Part shown: positions 8,822 to 17,677 of the stretch, piece after piece | Numbering within the stretch: the stretch's first letter is position 1 | How the letters are laid out: each line of letters begins with the position of its first letter | Assembly (NCBI GenBank): GCA_937931785.1 | Contig: CALHAX010000069.1 | Span: forward strand, 53,837-117,836 | Direction: 5' to 3' | Length of the DNA: 64,000 nt | DNA from: an uncultured Hyphomicrobiaceae bacterium | GTDB lineage: Bacteria > Pseudomonadota > Alphaproteobacteria > Rhizobiales > CALHAX01 | Made by a program: the position numbers and the translations under genes | The notes under the pieces: generated by a model | What the model saw: only the letters and a program-made list of their open reading frames with translations | What the model was told of the DNA's origin: nothing | Database searches by the model: none

Positions 8822-9715
8822 TTAAATCACTATTTTCTCCATTCCAATTGCAGAATACACGTCAGCGATAGACCAACCAGCTTCCCGCAAATGGCGCAAA
8901 CTCGTATCACGCAGGCTTTTCGACAGTTTTCGCCCTGCACTATCCGTGACCAGATCGTGGTGATGGTAAACAGGAGATGAATATCCCAGGACCTGCTGCA
9001 ATAGAACATGCAGGCTTGTGGCTGCCTCCAAATCCCTTCCTCGCGTCACGTGAGTTATGCCTTGCAGTGCGTCATCAACCACCACAGAGAGATGATAGCT
9101 CGTTGGCGTGTCTTTCCGCACAATGACGGTGTCACCCCATGCGCTGGCGTTGACCTCTCGTTCCGTGAGTTTTCCGGCTTCGTCGAACGTTGCAACGATC
9201 AAGGCCGTTCGATCTCCAACCTGGTCAATCGCCCGGTTCATGTCGAGACGCAGCGCCGTGCCAGACCCGGGCTCCCCGTTCGCGACACTGTCATCTATTG
9301 TGTCGCGTGCGGCGATATGGTTCCGACCGGGATATAAAGGGGCTCCGTCCGGATCCATTGGCCAATCGATGTGATCTGCGACGATTGCTGCGATCTGTTT
9401 ACGTGTGGCGCTGCAGGAATAAAGCAAACCAGCGGACTGCAGGCGCGCCGTTGCGGCGCGGTAGTCATCGAAATGCTCCGACTGACGGCGCACTGGTTCC
9501 GGCCATGACAGGCCGAGCCATGCGAGATCTTCGTAAATGCCGTCAACATAGCGTTCGCGCGTACGCCCCGTATCAATGTCCTCGATCCGCAGCAGAACCT
9601 CGCCACCGACCCGCGCGGCAAGCTGCCAGGTTTTCAACGCCGAGAAGGCGTGCCCAAGATGAAGCTCGCCGTTGGGGCTGGGGGCGAAGCGGAAACGTGG
9701 TGGGTTGCTGGTCAT
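8822..9715 (-). CDS. gluQ: tRNA glutamyl-Q(34) synthetase
   Basis: RFAPSPNGELHLGHAFSAL (HIGH-type), RIEDID and GRKLSKS (KMSKS-type) motifs, with a truncated GluRS-like length. Start moved to the ATG at 9715 (MTSNPPRFRFAPSPNG). Confidence 0.9.
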   Translation of the reverse strand: MTSNPPRFRFAPSPNGELHLGHAFSALKTWQLAARVGGEVLLRIEDIDTGRTRERYVDGIYEDLAWLGLSWPEPVRRQSEHFDDYRAATARLQSAGLLYSCSATRKQIAAIVADHIDWPMDPDGAPLYPGRNHIAARDTIDDSVANGEPGSGTALRLDMNRAIDQVGDRTALIVATFDEAGKLTEREVNASAWGDTVIVRKDTPTSYHLSVVVDDALQGITHVTRGRDLEAATSLHVLLQQVLGYSSPVYHHHDLVTDSAGRKLSKSLRDTSLRHLREAGWSIADVYSAIGMEKIVI

Positions 9716-9767
9716 GCGTGTTGAATAGCGCTTGGCGGGGACTGCTGTCATCTGGCACGTTGGTGCG

Positions 9768-10424
9768 ATGAAAGCACAGCACACCATCATCACGACGGAT
9801 GCGGATGTCACACGTGGCGTCCGCGCCCTGCGAAAACGATGCGCATTCATGAAGGCGGCGCACGACCTCACCGGGCCGCCACCCTTGCGGCGCGCCGAAG
9901 GTGGGATGCCTGGGCTTCTGCGTATCGTGATCGGGCAACAGGTTTCCGTGGCCTCGGCCACTGCGATTTGGGGTCGCTTTCAGAACGTGGTGAAACCTCT
10001 GGAAGCGGACAGTATACTACGCCGTCGTGAAACGACATTCCGCAAGGCGGGATTGTCGGGACCAAAAATCAGAACCGTGCGTGCCGTCGCGCAAGCTGTT
10101 ACCAACGGGGAACTGGATTTCGACGCCTTCGAGCAGATGGACGCCGATGCCGTGCATGATGCGCTTGTCGCTGTTCATGGCATCGGGCCGTGGACCGCCG
10201 ACGTCTACACGATGTTCTGCCTTGGACATGCAGACGGCTGGGCCTCCGGCGATCTTGCACTACAAATCGCTGCGGAAAAACTGATGGAACTGGAAGCACG
10301 ACCGTCCGTTTCTGAACTCACTGAGATTGCCGAGCGCTGGCGACCGTGGCGCAGCGTAGCGGCGCGGCTGCTCTGGGCGTACTACGCACACCTGCGCAAT
10401 GTGAAAGATGCGGTGCCGGTGTGA
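9768..10424 (+). CDS. DNA-3-methyladenine glycosylase 2 family protein (HhH-GPD)
   Basis: LLRIVIGQQVSVASA ... VHGIGPWTADVYTMFCLGHADGWASGDLAL, the HhH-GPD signature. Start at MKAQHTII. Confidence 0.8.
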   Translation: MKAQHTIITTDADVTRGVRALRKRCAFMKAAHDLTGPPPLRRAEGGMPGLLRIVIGQQVSVASATAIWGRFQNVVKPLEADSILRRRETTFRKAGLSGPKIRTVRAVAQAVTNGELDFDAFEQMDADAVHDALVAVHGIGPWTADVYTMFCLGHADGWASGDLALQIAAEKLMELEARPSVSELTEIAERWRPWRSVAARLLWAYYAHLRNVKDAVPV

Positions 10425-12184
10425 TGGCAACACGCGCGGACATTCCTCTGATTGACCCGGCGTGGCCGTCCGGTGCGGAATTGCTGGCAGAGGGACACGC
10501 ACTGGCAAAAGACTGGCAGGTGGTCCCACGCACGTTCCTGAAGACGGCTAACGCTTGGTGCGAGGCGGACTATAAAACTGCGACCTCCGAGGCTGGGCGG
10601 ACCATGCAGCATGCGCAGGTCGGTTTTCGTGATCTTGCGAAGTCGCAGCGGGCGTTCGTCGAGATTTACGAGTCCTGCAAAGCTCGCGGCGTGACGGTGG
10701 ATCGCTACGGCATCTGCCTTGATTGGTCGATGGCGGTTCCACGCGACCAGCGCGCGTGTGCGCAAAAGGGCACGGGATTGATCCTCACCGACGTCGCAGA
10801 GTTTGTTTCCCTCGGCGAGGCTGCGCCGGTCGCTCCACATTTCGGGGACTTTGTGCTCGGATTTCCGGCAGCAGTGGAAAATACGCAAGCTGCACTAGAG
10901 GCAGGATCAACTGCCATTGGAAACCTTGGGCAGTACTTCACGTTCCGCACGCCGGGTTTCGAAGATGATGTTGAGGCGACCCGTGCCACATTGCGCGCTT
11001 TGGGACTGATTGCGGCGCAGGACCGAACAGTGCTCGTGCATTCGAACCTCGACGATGGATTTGCGGCACAATTCTCGGATCTCGCATCGTGCCTTGGTGC
11101 CGTGTTGCTGGAAATCGACATCTTCGGACGCATGGCAGGATGTGCTGTCAGCCACTGCTACGGTCACCATTTCACAGATCCCGTGCGACGGTTGGCATTC
11201 CAGTTTGCGCTGGCGCAAGTCAATTCCCAACCGGGAACCATGATCTACGGCAGCACCATGAGCTATCGCGGCACACCCGCGGAGAATTACGCCAGCCTCG
11301 CGGCCTACCTCACAACGGATATTCTCGGGCAGCAAACCGCGCCAAGCGGGCATGCGATCAATCCCGTTCCGGTGATGGAAAACGATCGCATTCCGGACAT
11401 TGACGAAATTGTCGATGCGCAGTTGTTCGCAAGCCGGATGGTCGAGGAAGCAGAGGATCTAGCGGGTTTGACGGATGTTGCCGAAGCTCAAGCCCTGGCC
11501 GCAAAACTCGTTGAAGGCGGGCAGGTGTTCTATCACAACGTCCGACATGGCTTTGCCGACGCCGGTGTTCATGTGGACGATCCGTTCCAGATGATGATCA
11601 CATTGCGCCGGGTGGGCGGCCATGCACTTGAAGCCGCATTCGGAGCAGGAGCAACGGATGGCACAGTACCGAACGCACGCACACCGATTGTCCGAGCTTC
11701 GCTCATGGATGAAATTGACGCCATGGCGGAGGCTGCACTTACCAGAGTCAACGACACGGACAAGGATGCGCTCAAGACAGCAAATCTGGTCATGCTGACC
11801 GCCAGCACAGATGTACACGCGCATGGCAAGATGGCGGTGGATTCGTTCCTGAGAGCGCTGGGTATCACCGTAGTTGATGGCGGCATGACGGCTGATACGG
11901 CAGAGCTTGCTGCGCGCGCCACTACGGAATGTGTCGATGCCATTGCCATCAGCACTTACAACGGTGTGGCGCTGGATTTTGCAAACGCCCTCACGGCAGC
12001 ACTCACCCCAGGCATTCCCATCTTCATCGGCGGCCGTCTGAACCAGATCCCGTCTGGCTCCAATACCAGTCTTCCTGTCGACGTCAGTGCCGAATTGCAG
12101 GATCGCGGTTGCATCACATGTCCGCGATTCGAGGATATTGTTACGCCACTGATCGCCCATGTACAGGCCACGAAAGCGCGCTGA
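10424..12184 (+). CDS. cobalamin (B12)-binding domain protein, mutase-like fusion
   Basis: C-terminal DxHxxG motif DVHAHGK (nt 11810-11830) sits inside a Rossmann-like B12-binding domain. The ~450-aa N-terminal part has a barrel-like alternating pattern. The ATG overlaps the preceding stop (GTGATGG). Confidence 0.75.
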   Translation: MATRADIPLIDPAWPSGAELLAEGHALAKDWQVVPRTFLKTANAWCEADYKTATSEAGRTMQHAQVGFRDLAKSQRAFVEIYESCKARGVTVDRYGICLDWSMAVPRDQRACAQKGTGLILTDVAEFVSLGEAAPVAPHFGDFVLGFPAAVENTQAALEAGSTAIGNLGQYFTFRTPGFEDDVEATRATLRALGLIAAQDRTVLVHSNLDDGFAAQFSDLASCLGAVLLEIDIFGRMAGCAVSHCYGHHFTDPVRRLAFQFALAQVNSQPGTMIYGSTMSYRGTPAENYASLAAYLTTDILGQQTAPSGHAINPVPVMENDRIPDIDEIVDAQLFASRMVEEAEDLAGLTDVAEAQALAAKLVEGGQVFYHNVRHGFADAGVHVDDPFQMMITLRRVGGHALEAAFGAGATDGTVPNARTPIVRASLMDEIDAMAEAALTRVNDTDKDALKTANLVMLTASTDVHAHGKMAVDSFLRALGITVVDGGMTADTAELAARATTECVDAIAISTYNGVALDFANALTAALTPGIPIFIGGRLNQIPSGSNTSLPVDVSAELQDRGCITCPRFEDIVTPLIAHVQATKAR

Positions 12185-12332
12185 GTCCCAAATCCAAGGG
12201 CCGGATGAGCGCGTATAACTGTTGCGTCTCACATGCAACTTCACAGAACTGACATGAGCGACTAGTATCCGCCCGTCACGTCAGGAGGTGTGTGTTCGAT
12301 TCGATAACAGACAAATATCAGGAGGCCCGATC

Positions 12333-12893
12333 ATGAGCGCCGCCACTGCGTCGCCGGATGGATTCCCGGCATTGGTTCTCAACGCCGATTTCCGGCCACT
12401 GAGCTATTATCCGCTTTCCTTATGGAGCTGGCAGGACACCGTGAAAGCCGTGTTTCTGAACCGGGTCAACATTGTCTCCGAATACGAACACGCCGTGCAC
12501 AGCCCGACATTTGAAATGCAGCTGCCAAGCGTGGTGTCGCTCAAGACTTACGTGAAGCCCGCGCTGTACCCGGCGTTTACGCGGTTCAACGTGTTCCTGC
12601 GCGACCGATTTTCCTGCCAGTATTGTGGCGCGCCGGATGATCTCACTTTTGATCATGTCATTCCCCGCTCGCGCGGCGGACAAACCACCTGGGACAATGT
12701 GTCGACCGCGTGCGCTCCGTGCAACCTGCGCAAGGCAAACAAGATGCCGAAAGTTGCGGGTATGATTCCGAAGCAGTCACCGTATCGCCCTACGGTTTAC
12801 GAACTGCACGCGAACGGTCGGCAGTTCCCGCCGAACTATCTGCACGAAAGCTGGATGGATTATCTCTACTGGGATGCCGAACTGGAAGCTTGA
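12333..12893 (+). CDS. HNH endonuclease
   Basis: CQYCG...DHVIPRSRGGQTTWDNVSTACAPCNLRK HNH/zinc motif. A GGAGG Shine-Dalgarno lies 7 nt upstream of the ATG at 12333. Confidence 0.85.
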   Translation: MSAATASPDGFPALVLNADFRPLSYYPLSLWSWQDTVKAVFLNRVNIVSEYEHAVHSPTFEMQLPSVVSLKTYVKPALYPAFTRFNVFLRDRFSCQYCGAPDDLTFDHVIPRSRGGQTTWDNVSTACAPCNLRKANKMPKVAGMIPKQSPYRPTVYELHANGRQFPPNYLHESWMDYLYWDAELEA

Positions 12894-12917
12894 GCCGCGC
12901 GCATCAGGAGGCACGCT

Positions 12918-13298
12918 TCAACCTGGTCTGATGCGGAACTTGACGGTCTTGCCGCTACTCATCTTGCCAATGCCAGTGCCGCGTGGGGGCAGACTACTGG
13001 TCAGTGTGTAGGTGAATTTTCCGGTACGACCGTCAGTGCACTTCATCTGTCCACTGCCACCACTGAAGAGAAGATTTACGGTAACTGCGCCTTTGCATCG
13101 GACGCCCTTCGTTGTGCGGCCGCGCACCGTGCCGCTGAATGTCAGGACATTCACCTTGATGCGGCCCGTCATCTTTTCGCTATCGCCCGGCGACCAGGCG
13201 TCGAACTTCGCATTTACGGTGGTGATACTCTGAGCTACAGCCGGTGAAGACATCACGACAATCGTAACGGCGAACAAACATCTGAAAAATGAGGACAT
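12918..13298 (-). CDS. secreted hypothetical protein (signal peptide)
   Basis: MSSFFRCLFAVTIVVMSSPAVAQS signal peptide followed by a beta-rich G/T/K sequence. AGGAG lies 7 nt upstream of the ATG at 13298. Confidence 0.6.
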   Translation of the reverse strand: MSSFFRCLFAVTIVVMSSPAVAQSITTVNAKFDAWSPGDSEKMTGRIKVNVLTFSGTVRGRTTKGVRCKGAVTVNLLFSGGSGQMKCTDGRTGKFTYTLTSSLPPRGTGIGKMSSGKTVKFRIRPG

Positions 13299-13390
13299 GA
13301 TTTCACTCCTGCGCCTTTCGGGGGTGGCACAAGCGAAGTGTTGCATCTTGACGGAGGGGAATGGAAGCGATGCCCGGAGGCATGGCTAAC

Positions 13391-13436
13391 ACGCAAAAAC
13401 AAGAATGGCCCGGTTGGCCCGGGCTTCTTGATCTTC
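13391..13436. terminator. GC-rich hairpin with T-tracts on both strands (possible bidirectional terminator)
   Basis: GCCCGG (13408-13413) pairs with CCGGGC (13419-13424). It is followed by TTCTTGATCTT on the + strand and by TTCTTGTTTTTG on the - strand, and lies downstream of the minus-strand small ORF 13516..13716. Confidence 0.45.
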
Positions 13437-13515
13437 AGCGTGATGCGAACACCCCAGGGGGGCGGGCTGCCCGCATCACGGCATGAGATGGACTTTTAAC
13501 TTGTTTCGGAGGCGA

Positions 13516-13716
13516 TCAGCGCCCTGGTACACACAATGACATCGCAATGTTCTCGACTGCATTGCCCCAGTTTGCTTCTGGCGCCCGGCCAGCAAGACCG
13601 AAGGACGACATGGCGTCGACGGGGGAACCGCCATGGCGGAAAATCCGGGCGCAAGACTGGCGTGCATATCCGACAGCGTTGTCCCATTGTGCTGGATTGA
13701 TGTGTGTTGGCTTCAT
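13516..13716 (-). CDS. small hypothetical protein (66 aa)
   Basis: MKPTHINPAQWDNAVGYARQSCARIFRHGGSPVDAMSSFGLAGRAPEANWGNAVENIAMSLCVPGR. A strong GAGGAGG Shine-Dalgarno ends about 9 nt before this ATG. The longer track ORF (to 13896) has no comparable ribosome-binding site. Confidence 0.45.
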   Translation of the reverse strand: MKPTHINPAQWDNAVGYARQSCARIFRHGGSPVDAMSSFGLAGRAPEANWGNAVENIAMSLCVPGR

Positions 13717-13816
13717 GATCTCGGCCTCCTCGTATCTCGCGCTGCCCCGCTTTGCTGCGGGTTTCTCTCTGGCGATGAATGGTTTCGCTTTTTTCGTCAT
13801 CTGGAATACTCGATTT

Positions 13817-14579
13817 ACGCGACGCGACATGAACGCAACTTGAACCAACCCGACAGACAAAACAATCGGTACGCAACGCTTACACAGACGCAACAAAACA
13901 CAACGGATACGGGTGACGCTTGACTGACAGAGAGACCAAAACGCGATCTCTTACGCGGTACTTTTTACAATCCACCAGAACACGACACGGTGGAGAAAAA
14001 CGAGGGTACGCACAACAAAACCCTTCGCAGATATGAAGGCAGCTATTTGAAGACAGGCACGCCCAGAGGAGGGCTGGTTTCACTACGCAGTACCTGACAA
14101 TGTGAAACCTTGGTTTGGGCTGGTGCTCGACCAGACGCGCCTGTCAACTCGTACCGGGCGAGGCCCGGAAACTCTGAATTCCTGTCTGTGGTCCCGACCG
14201 AGACCAATGCGCCGTCATACGCGAAACTTTTAACTGACGGGCCTGGCCTGCAAGCCGCTGGAACGTACGGCTCAAAACGGTTTTCGGGGACGCAATACTC
14301 AAATCATACGGATACGCTTGAAACGCTTCTTCTTGATCTTGGCCACTCCGATACGCAGGAGACGCGGCTGAACGGGGACGCAACGCAACTTTGAACTCGG
14401 TACGCAAACTGAACGCAGTACTTGACGCTGAACTGGCAGGCGACGCGATACGGATACGCTTTACAAACTGTTGTGCGAGGGAACGCGAGACACTCTTCGG
14501 AGCCACATGATCATCGGTCAGCACACCATCCACTGCAGTACGCGCAACTTCAGGATGGGGGGCCAACATCGTGGAACGC
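13817..14579 (+). repeat. non-coding, strand-asymmetric ACGC-rich degenerate repeat tract
   Basis: Hand count gives 29 ACGC and 0 GCGT on the + strand. Exact repeats are ATACGGATACGCTT (14306-14319, 14448-14461), CGGGGACGCAA (14285-14295, 14373-14383) and CGGTACGCAA (13867-13876, 14398-14407). No credible ORF. Confidence 0.7.
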
Positions 14580-14813
14580 TGGTGTGCCGCTGTACGACCT
14601 TCAACCATTCGCTCCGCTCTCCCTCTTTCTCAATCAACCGCCTGGTTCGGAGCACTCTTGGAGTTGGCTTCTTGCCCGGCGACAGGTGTGGTTATGCAGA
14701 GTCACTTTGGCAACAACCCGAGCGGAATCAGGCGGCAAAAAGGTAATTTGCTTGACAGATGTTCAGGATGACGATGTTGCTAATTCGTTCTCAAGGCGAA
14801 AACACGTTTTGAA

Positions 14814-15359
14814 TCAAGCGTTTGATCTGAATCCACGACGGAATACAGAAAAACAGGCCGCAAAAAATATTGCAGAAATAATCACGTTCCACCCGGCAAA
14901 TGATAATCCAAGGAATCGCCACGGCGCTTCATCGCACCGAATGACCCGGGTTTCTTCCAGAGTGCCAAGCAAATTGCCAGCGTCGCCCGTCAGGCCAGCT
15001 GCCGCAGCTCCGCTGGAACATGCCGTAGGTCCAGCCCACCATTTCCATTCGACACCGGAGTGATAGGCCGCGAGAATGACATTGGCTGCGAAGGCCACGA
15101 GCACCAACGCCAACAAGAGAGCGCCCGGCCCCTGTCGTAACTCACGGAAAAACAACGCGATGGCGAAGAGGGCGGGGATCGTGAAGTAGTAGGCCCAGCG
15201 CTGTTGGAGACAAAGCGGACATGGTTCGAGGCCGCCGAAGATCTCGTACGCCCAAGCGATGGCGATGACACCAAACGCCGCCAATGCCACCAGCATGAGC
15301 GTTCCAATGCCGGAGCCGGATTGATCCCGTGCCGCGTGGTGAGTGGCAGACATGGTCAT
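14814..15359 (-). CDS. dsbB: disulfide bond formation protein B (DsbB family)
   Basis: Four-TM protein with a CPLCLQQRW redox motif in the first periplasmic loop and a second Cys pair (C...C) later. Confidence 0.8.
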   Translation of the reverse strand: MTMSATHHAARDQSGSGIGTLMLVALAAFGVIAIAWAYEIFGGLEPCPLCLQQRWAYYFTIPALFAIALFFRELRQGPGALLLALVLVAFAANVILAAYHSGVEWKWWAGPTACSSGAAAAGLTGDAGNLLGTLEETRVIRCDEAPWRFLGLSFAGWNVIISAIFFAACFSVFRRGFRSNA

Positions 15360-15388
15360 GGCTTAGCTTCCAAATTCGGCGACAGATT

Positions 15389-15970
15389 TCAGAACAGATA
15401 CTTTAGAGCGACGAAGCCGCCAAACAAAGTCACGACCCCGACAGTGAAAACGAGCCCCAGACGGCGTTCGATGAATGTGCGGATTGGCGGGCCAAACCAG
15501 TAGAGCAGACCGCAAACGGCGAAGAAACGCAGCCCACGTGCGACGATGCTGGCCAGGACAAAGACAACAAGGTTCAAACCTGTGGCACCACTGGCGATGG
15601 TGATGACCTTATAGGGGAACGGCGTAACGCCGGCGATCAGCACAATCCACGCACCCCAGTCATTATATTGACCTTTGAACGCCTCGAATTTCTCCGCATA
15701 GCCATAAAACTCGAAGACGGGCTGCCCGACCGTCTCATAGAGAAAGTAACCGATGGCGTAGCCCAAAAGGGCCCCGAGTACGGACCCGGCTGTGCATACA
15801 AATGCGTAGAACCAGGCCTTTGCACGTTCGGCAAGCACCATGGGGATGAGCATGATGTCCGGCGGGATCGGAAAGAACGAGCTTTCGACAAACGATACGC
15901 CGAACAGCGCATGCGTTGCCTTGGGATGGCCGGCGAGGCTCATGCAGTAATCGTAGAGGCGTCTCAGCAT
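15389..15970 (-). CDS. YqaA/DedA-superfamily membrane protein
   Basis: FVESSFFPIPPDIMLIP motif and a polytopic profile typical of the YqaA family. Confidence 0.75.
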   Translation of the reverse strand: MLRRLYDYCMSLAGHPKATHALFGVSFVESSFFPIPPDIMLIPMVLAERAKAWFYAFVCTAGSVLGALLGYAIGYFLYETVGQPVFEFYGYAEKFEAFKGQYNDWGAWIVLIAGVTPFPYKVITIASGATGLNLVVFVLASIVARGLRFFAVCGLLYWFGPPIRTFIERRLGLVFTVGVVTLFGGFVALKYLF

Positions 15971-16031
15971 GGGCGGTCTCTAGCCGGACCCGCTAGCCTT
16001 GTCGATTGGCAATGCTGTATGAACTTGCACA

Positions 16032-16694
16032 ATGATGAACGAACCGCTGCCCATCCTCTACAGTTTTCGCCGCTGCCCTTATGCGATGCGGGCGCGTCTG
16101 GCGCTTTGCGTCAGTGAGACACGATGCGAATTGCGCGAAATCGTACTGCGGGACAAGGCACCTGCGTTTCTCGAAGCGTCGCCAAAGGGCACGGTTCCGG
16201 TGGTGGTCACGCCCGACGGCCGCGTGATTGAAGAGAGCTTCGACATTATGCTTTGGGCGCTGGAGCGTCACGACCCCGAAAGGTGGCTCACGCCGGAGCA
16301 TGGAACATTGGACGACATGTTGGCGCTGATCACGCAAAGCGACAATGGATTCAAGACAAATCTCGACTGCTACAAGTATCCGAACCGGCATGATGGTGGG
16401 AGTGCACTGGCTGCACGGGAGGCGGGGGGCGTTTTTCTGTGCGAATTGGACAAGCGGCTGGCGACGACATCTCATCTGTTCGGTGATCGGGTGTCGCTTG
16501 CAGATATGGCGATTGCGCCGTTCGTACGCCAATTCGCGCACGTGGACCGGGCATGGTTCGACGATCAGAACTGGCCGCAGCTGCGCGACTGGCTGGATCG
16601 GTTCCTTTCCTCAGATCGTTTTCTCTCGATCATGAACAAGTACACGAAGTGGCAGTCCGGAGATGGTGTCACGCTGTTTCCCGGGAAATCATGA
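16032..16694 (+). CDS. glutathione S-transferase family protein
   Basis: N-terminal thioredoxin-like GST fold (ILYSFRRCPYAMRARLAL ... GTVPVV) followed by a helical C-terminal domain. Confidence 0.8.
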   Translation: MMNEPLPILYSFRRCPYAMRARLALCVSETRCELREIVLRDKAPAFLEASPKGTVPVVVTPDGRVIEESFDIMLWALERHDPERWLTPEHGTLDDMLALITQSDNGFKTNLDCYKYPNRHDGGSALAAREAGGVFLCELDKRLATTSHLFGDRVSLADMAIAPFVRQFAHVDRAWFDDQNWPQLRDWLDRFLSSDRFLSIMNKYTKWQSGDGVTLFPGKS

Positions 16695-16778
16695 CGATGT
16701 TGCTTCGATGAGCAATGCGGGGCGACAATCGGAAACAACATTGTTACGGTTCAGGCTGCCGTAACCCGGAGATCTTGC

Positions 16779-17411
16779 ATGTTTCGTCTGTTCCGATGGA
16801 TTCGCACCAATACTCTATATGGCGCAGCCGCCCTGATCCCTGTCGCCGCACTAATGCTGATCGGATACTACTTTTATTCGCTCTGGCGCGACGTACTTAC
16901 ACCTTTGGCCAATCGATTTGGCTTTGTTGGTCTGGATTCGCAACTTTCCGCAATCGGGTTTGCACTTGGCGGACTGTTGATTGCCAGTTTCATCATCGGA
17001 ACGATCGTGCGGACACGTTTCGGCAGTTGGACGTTCGAAAAGGTCGAGAAGCGTATTCTTGTGCATCTGCCGGGGTATGGCATGCTCTCCACCTTGCTGC
17101 GCGGCTTTGCGGACGATGACCATGCCTACCCGGCAGCGCTTGCGGCCTTGCAACCGGGTGGAGCGGCCAAAGTGCTGTGTTTCGTCATGGAAGACACCGG
17201 CCAGGCGAACATCACGATCTTCGTGCCGAGCGCGCCCATGATGACGGTTGGGCAGATCTACTCGATCGCGCGCGAGAATGTTGAAATCCTTCCCGAAACA
17301 GGCGTGGAAGCGACCGGAGCTATTTCACAATGGGGTGTTGGATTGCAGCCAAGCATCGCAAAAGGACGTGCCATAGCGTCCCGTTTGGCAGCCCCGCCTG
17401 CCGCAGAGTGA
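16779..17411 (+). CDS. DUF502 domain-containing membrane protein
   Basis: Two N-terminal TM helices followed by the conserved ...HLPGYGML...V.F.. pattern seen in DUF502 proteins. Confidence 0.7.
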   Translation: MFRLFRWIRTNTLYGAAALIPVAALMLIGYYFYSLWRDVLTPLANRFGFVGLDSQLSAIGFALGGLLIASFIIGTIVRTRFGSWTFEKVEKRILVHLPGYGMLSTLLRGFADDDHAYPAALAALQPGGAAKVLCFVMEDTGQANITIFVPSAPMMTVGQIYSIARENVEILPETGVEATGAISQWGVGLQPSIAKGRAIASRLAAPPAAE

Positions 17412-17556
17412 TTCAAATGGCACAACCATGTGGGCTGTACGTAATAATCACAGCTTCACACTGTCTCTGGCGTTGACGCAGGCTGCGACGCGACTATGTT
17501 CTGCCGCTCACACGTCTTGGGCGCTCGTCATGTGATGAAACGCCTTGCGGTCACAG

Positions 17557-17641
17557 GCCCCTGTGGCGGAATTGGTAGACGCGCGGGATTCAAAATCCCG
17601 TTCCTTCGGGAGTGTCGGTTCGATTCCGACCGGGGGCACCA
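17557..17641 (+). tRNA. tRNA-Leu (anticodon CAA)
   Basis: Acceptor stem GCCCCTG/CGGGGGC with a terminal ACCA. Anticodon stem CGGGA/TCCCG with loop TTCAAAA (CAA). A long variable arm (class II) and a T-arm GGTTCGATTCC are present. Confidence 0.9.
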
Positions 17642-17677
17642 CTGACTGGCTGACACGACGCACGGGAGACGCAACAG

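Noticed and set aside
14144-14608. 154-aa minus-strand ORF with a GGAG-like sequence just upstream, lying inside the ACGC-rich tract
   Set aside because: The exact 14-nt repeats inside it are read in two different frames (KRIRI versus QAYPY). The predicted protein is a low-complexity A/S/R mix with no motif, and the putative ribosome-binding site is only ~3 nt from the ATG. The ORF is most likely a by-product of the T-poor + strand (few stop codons on the minus strand).
13900-14810. Possibility that the gene-free gap hides tmRNA, RNase P RNA, 6S RNA or a replication origin
   Set aside because: I found none of the expected signatures. There is no GAGGAAAGTCCGGGC-type RNase P box, no ANDN-type tag reading frame or tRNA-like end, no cluster of TTATCCACA boxes, and no TTAA-N7-TTAA sites. 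This cannot be excluded without covariance-model scans.
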